The position numbers were made by a program, and so were the translations under genes. Below, one piece after another: positions 59,464 to 64,000 of a stretch of 64,000 nucleotides of DNA. Within the stretch, counting starts at the first letter, position 1. Each line of letters starts with the position of its first letter. Location of the stretch: positions 8,928,001 to 8,992,000 of the forward strand of contig CM120645.1 in NCBI GenBank assembly GCA_051362555.1, written 5' to 3'. The notes beneath the pieces were generated by a model. It saw nothing but the letters and a program-made list of their open reading frames with translations. It did no database searches and was not told the origin of the DNA. The stretch is from Lingula anatina. Its lineage: Eukaryota; Animalia; Brachiopoda.

Positions 59464-61882
59464 AGCTCATAATAGTACAAGTGATTTTATACACTGTATG
59501 TACTATTACGTATGAGGATCTATGTGTGCACGCGTGTGTGCATGTTTTTATGCGTGGACTGCACTGTACATAAACGTATGTTCAGTTTGAGAAAGAGAAG
59601 CTAGGGGAATCGTGTACCTATAATGATATGTCAGGATTACATGCGTACACGGTGTCACAAGCTGACAAGGTTTAGATAACAGGCAAGTCCCACGTTTTCA
59701 ATACATAACATACTCATCATTCTATGTCTGAAGACGATGGCGATATTTGGACTGCTTAATAAACATGAACTCTTCCACATCACCTGTATTGAGAACACCC
59801 CTCTCCGTATGACACTAATTTGTCTTAATAACATTTCGCGAGGCAGTCATTTGCGGTGGCATATGTCAGTCTAAGATCTTCTTTTAACCGAACTTGACAG
59901 AATCAGAGGTAGACGTTAAGGATTAATGTTATAAAAATGCACGTCTCTGATGCTTCGCCCTCCTTTAAAAATGTGTTGGAAATATTGCTACTCGTTGATA
60001 TCCTCAATAGAGGACTTAATTGTCTCAGACAAAGGTAGATAGAGTTATATCTCCCCGTTTGCTGGGTGTAGATGTTTTTCGTACGAATTTAATATTTTTA
60101 GTACGAATTTAATACCGGGATCAATTGGATTCTGAATTTTTCATTTTCATATTTACCATTTGGTAAACTTTGCTTTCATTTTTATCGAAGGCAAACACTC
60201 CCTTTTGATTGATGATTTAATCAGTCTATGAATTAATTTGTCAAAATAAAAGTTTGTCAGATTATTAGTTAATAAAACTGCCCCTCAATCATGTCAAAAA
60301 ATAATACAACATGTACTAAACATTACACAAAAGGTACTGTCCACTTTCTAGAGAAAAATCTTAGGGCTGACAGAGACACCTGTCACTGGCATAATCAAAG
60401 ACAGCAATTTCAAGCAGAGGCATTTATGATAAATATGTTTCTTGTATTAGGCAGCATCTAATCATTGTTAATCCGTGTTGTTATATCCCTAAAAAGCCAC
60501 AACTTATAAAACAATTTATTCAGATTCAGTGCATGCGACCCATATGTCAGTTCACTTTCGACTGTGTTTTGCATATTCCAGAACACAGCTTAATTCATTT
60601 ACCACCATAAAGTGCCTTTGGATAAATGAAAAATTTTGACCATGTTATACCGGGTACATACAGTGTAACTTTAACGTAAATAGGCATTAAAGTGACGTAA
60701 GTTTGGCGTAAGTCTCTGTATATAGCAGAGCTTGACTGTTTTCACATTTAAATTTTAATTATATGAACGTTCCTACAAGTATGATAAAAAATAACATGGT
60801 ATGAATTGCATGTCGTATATAAAACCCGCCCGGTAAAATAAATAATATAATTTCGTGAAATAATTCCCAGCTTTTAGCGTCATTCTTTCTTAATTCAATC
60901 AACATAAAATAACTGTTCTGTTCGTTACTGTTCGTGTGTCATATATTACTTTTCTTACCAGAACCAGTGATACAATCCAACTAATTCAAATCATTATTTT
61001 ATCTGAAATTCCCAAATTTTTTCCCCGAAAGCGCGTCGGCCCGTAGGCAGGTGTAACACGCTATTTACATAACAGCTTTCATGATACGCATCACAATAAA
61101 CACATCATGGTTTAATACAAATAATGACCGGTGCACCGGAGCTCTGATTCCAATTTTATTACCGCTTGTTACAAATCAGTATAAATATTGATTTGTTTTT
61201 ATGTAATTTTAGAACAAATCGGTTCAGCGCTTTGATTTTGAGAGTGAACACAGTGCCTCGTTATGCCGCTTAATTCGCTTAATCCTTTAATTCACGTTTC
61301 GCATATTTATTATAATATTGTGATATCACTCTAGCGATTCCCATGTGCCAATATTATGCAAGTTCAGTTTTAGGTGATATTCATAACTATGTTTGCGTAA
61401 GTAATCGAAACTAGGGCCCTAACCGTCTCACAACGTGTGTGTATATTGTGCTTACACAATAATATCATAATTATCTATAGAAATGGACAGAGCCTCTGTT
61501 AGAAATCGATCGCCGGTGACCTTCTTGCCTGCGTGCATATATATCGCCGGGTAAAGGAAGCGTTCCCTTATTTTGAAATACCTGGGGATGAACTGAAAAT
61601 CAATTGACTAAGATTTGAATGGCGTTTTGTGCTTTTTTATTTGCGCAGTAAGATAATTCGTTGCAAAGGTCTTCGAAATTTTCATTTATCCACAGGCTTA
61701 ATAAAGAGTAGGAAATATCTGACCACGAAACTCCCATCGACTGAAAACTGCTTGGTAATCAAGAAAAGTGAAATGTGATCTCACGTGGCCGATTTTTAGG
61801 AAATTGTGAAAGTGTCATTTCAAATAGTCGATTCGTTCGATTTAACATGCTAATTCTGGGGATTTTTAAGGGTAGCAATGTC

Positions 61883-61917
<35 letters not shown>

Positions 61918-61933
61918 CTTGTGCACGCATTCT

Positions 61934-62236
61934 AACCGAGGACACACACCCGCCCGAAACCCACTAACCGAGGACACACCTCCAACCGAGGACGTCCTCG
62001 GTTGACATAAGCAGTGGAATGCATAAAGGGGCCCATTTCAAGTTAGGTGGTGAAATTTGACGCTATTCTGAGCCAGTCCTCGGTTATGCTGTATAGCGCG
62101 GGCCAAATTCCCGCCACGAGTGTATCAGAAATACTGTCCAACTTTTTGTATGAAAATGGGCTATACACACGCGTCCTCGGTTGTGCTGTAAAGGGCGGAC
62201 CAAATTCCGCGTCCTCGGTTGTGCTGTAAAGGGCAG
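61934..62236. repeat. Array of AACCGAGGAC motifs arranged around a 22-bp perfect palindrome
   Basis: Forward motif at 61934, 61966, 61984; reverse (GTCCTCGGTT) at 61994, 62076, 62173, 62211; caaccgaggacgtcctcggttg at 61983-62004. Confidence 0.8.
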
Positions 62237-62395
62237 ACTAAACTGAAACTAATGTTATATCTCAGATGTCTATATATTCAGTAAGTTCATATTTTTAAAC
62301 TAAAGGGCTTTTTTATCAAATTAAGCTCTCCTAGGCCGTTACGTAACTACATAACTATCATCGCACTGTACATATTACGGCACGCTTCTTTATTA

Positions 62396-63444
62396 GTACT
62401 ACCATGGCCCATAGGAGCCTACGCGTGCGTCTTTTAGACGCCCCTTTACATGCGAAAACGACAAGGCCTATGCCGAGTTCGTCTTTTACTACAGAGCTTC
62501 GAGAGCCGAAAATGACATGGCTGTGTCTCTTTCGCCACTTACTGAACTCCACAGTTGCGAGATTGACACGACCCATGTCGCGTTCGTCTCTCAAATGACA
62601 CTGTTATAAAACATGAAATAGGCATAACGTGTGATTTTCGCAGCTGAATAAGTAGACCCTTATAAACGAAGTTGACGTAACTTGAGAGTCATGTCGCTTT
62701 CAACTCTTACAAACCTCCAACAAAATCTATCTCCACACAGACGCACGCGACATGTACTATTGGACATGGGTCAGTTGAAACCCTATTAACCTAAAGGGCT
62801 CATGTTACTTTCTGCCAACTCTTATATGTCAAATCCAATTAATTTGAAACAGTGTTGTGCTGTCCCAAAACATTTTTTTCATTTGAATCCCATCAAAATT
62901 TAGTGCTATCTAGATAACAGTGTGGCTAATTGCTTGTAATAATTATATGGCCTCATATTTTTATTTTCAAGGATTCAAATATAAAGGGTTTTAAGACGGT
63001 CCTTCTGTTTCAAATTAATTAGCTGAAAGTAACATGAGCCATTTAGGTTAATGTCGCTTTCAACTGACCCATGTCCAATAGTACATGTCGCGCGCGTCTG
63101 TGTGGAGATAGATTTTGTTGGAGGTTTGTAAAAGTTGAAAGCGACATGACTCTAAGGTCACGTCAACTTCGTTTATAAGGGTCTACTTATTCAGCTGCGA
63201 AAATCACACGTAATGCCTATTTCATGTTGTATAACAGTGTCTTTTGAGAGACAAACACGACATGGGTCGTGTTAATCTCGCATCTCTGGAGTTCAGTAAG
63301 TGGCGAAAGAGACACAGCCATGCCATTTTCGGCTCTCAAAGCTCTGTAATAAAAGACGAACTCGGCATAGGCCTTGTCGTTTTCGCATGTAAAGGGGCAT
63401 CTAAAAGACGCACGCGTAGGCTCCTATGGGCCATGGTATAGTAC
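62396..63444. mobile_element. Large foldback element (about 1.05 kb) with about 450-bp inverted arms
   Basis: 62396-62853 is the reverse complement of 63005-63444 at high identity (ORFs 62358-62594 minus and 63244-63441 plus give near-identical peptides); AT-rich spacer of about 150 bp; no transposase. Confidence 0.88.
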
Positions 63445-63573
63445 AACTGACTTGGAGTGGTTTAAATAAAGAAGAACTGTCTGAATTTGTGGCTCACTCG
63501 GTAGATCTTAGGACCGACAATCTTTTGAGGGTGCAAGAATTAAATGAAAAGGGTAAATGGATCGTCCGTAAAC

Positions 63574-63780
63574 CCCCTTTACACTGGGGCGGCGTCCTTT
63601 GTGCGACCAAGAAACTGGCATCACTGTGGTCGTAGAAAGGAGGTACAAGCATTGCTTTGGTTGAAAAAAATGAATATTTGGTGATTGGCCAGTTGTCAGA
63701 AAGTTAAGTATTATAATTTTGTACTCTCAAATGGATCTGTACTACAGGACGCAGAAAGGACGCCGTCCAGTGTAAAGGGC
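63574..63780. mobile_element. Hairpin MITE (Harbinger-like ends)
   Basis: ccctttacactggggcggcgtcctttgtgcg versus cgcagaaaggacgccgtccagtgtaaaggg. Confidence 0.72.
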
Positions 63781-64000
63781 CCCTTAGCTAACTATGAATT
63801 AATCTACCCCTGACAGTTTGAAGAAGGCTATGACATTATGAAACATTTATTATTACATAATGGCTCTGCGAACTACAGTCACTTCTTTTCACCTGTAGAT
63901 CTGACCTGTTTGTTATACACCTGGCTGCTAGAATAAATACTAAATCTAACAACTGAAGTGAAATTATATTTTGAATGGGCCCCTGTCGGTCCATGTCGCT

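Noticed and set aside
62358-63441. Paired ORFs MRD..DMGRVNLA.. on opposite strands
   Set aside because: Mirror translations of the foldback arms, not genes.

Overview
AT-rich, intron-rich animal genomic DNA (invertebrate, plausibly lophotrochozoan; taxon is inference). By reading GT-AG splice sites by hand I reconstruct seven protein-coding genes: a DEG/ENaC (ASIC-like) channel (minus, 3' end runs off the left edge), RXYLT1/TMEM5 (minus) head-to-head with THUMPD3 (plus), a TIR-coiled coil-TPR gene (plus), a Pox neuro-like Pax gene lacking the RED subdomain (minus), a single-coding-exon FMRFamide-receptor-like GPCR (minus), and a secreted coiled-coil + ILEI/GG-lectin protein (plus). Many MITEs, foldback elements and microsatellites lie between and within them. 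Most notable: (1) THUMPD3 intron 4 is bracketed by tandem arrays copying both exon edges with their splice sites (42-bp in-frame donor array, 65-bp acceptor array); (2) a 39-triplet Gly-X-Y, Tyr-rich insert in the ectodomain of the trimeric DEG/ENaC channel; (3) a new exon apparently born by tandem duplication in a TIR-TPR gene that keeps the catalytic Glu and has clustered kappaB sites; (4) a PAI-only Pax repressor. All gene models are manual and lack transcript confirmation.
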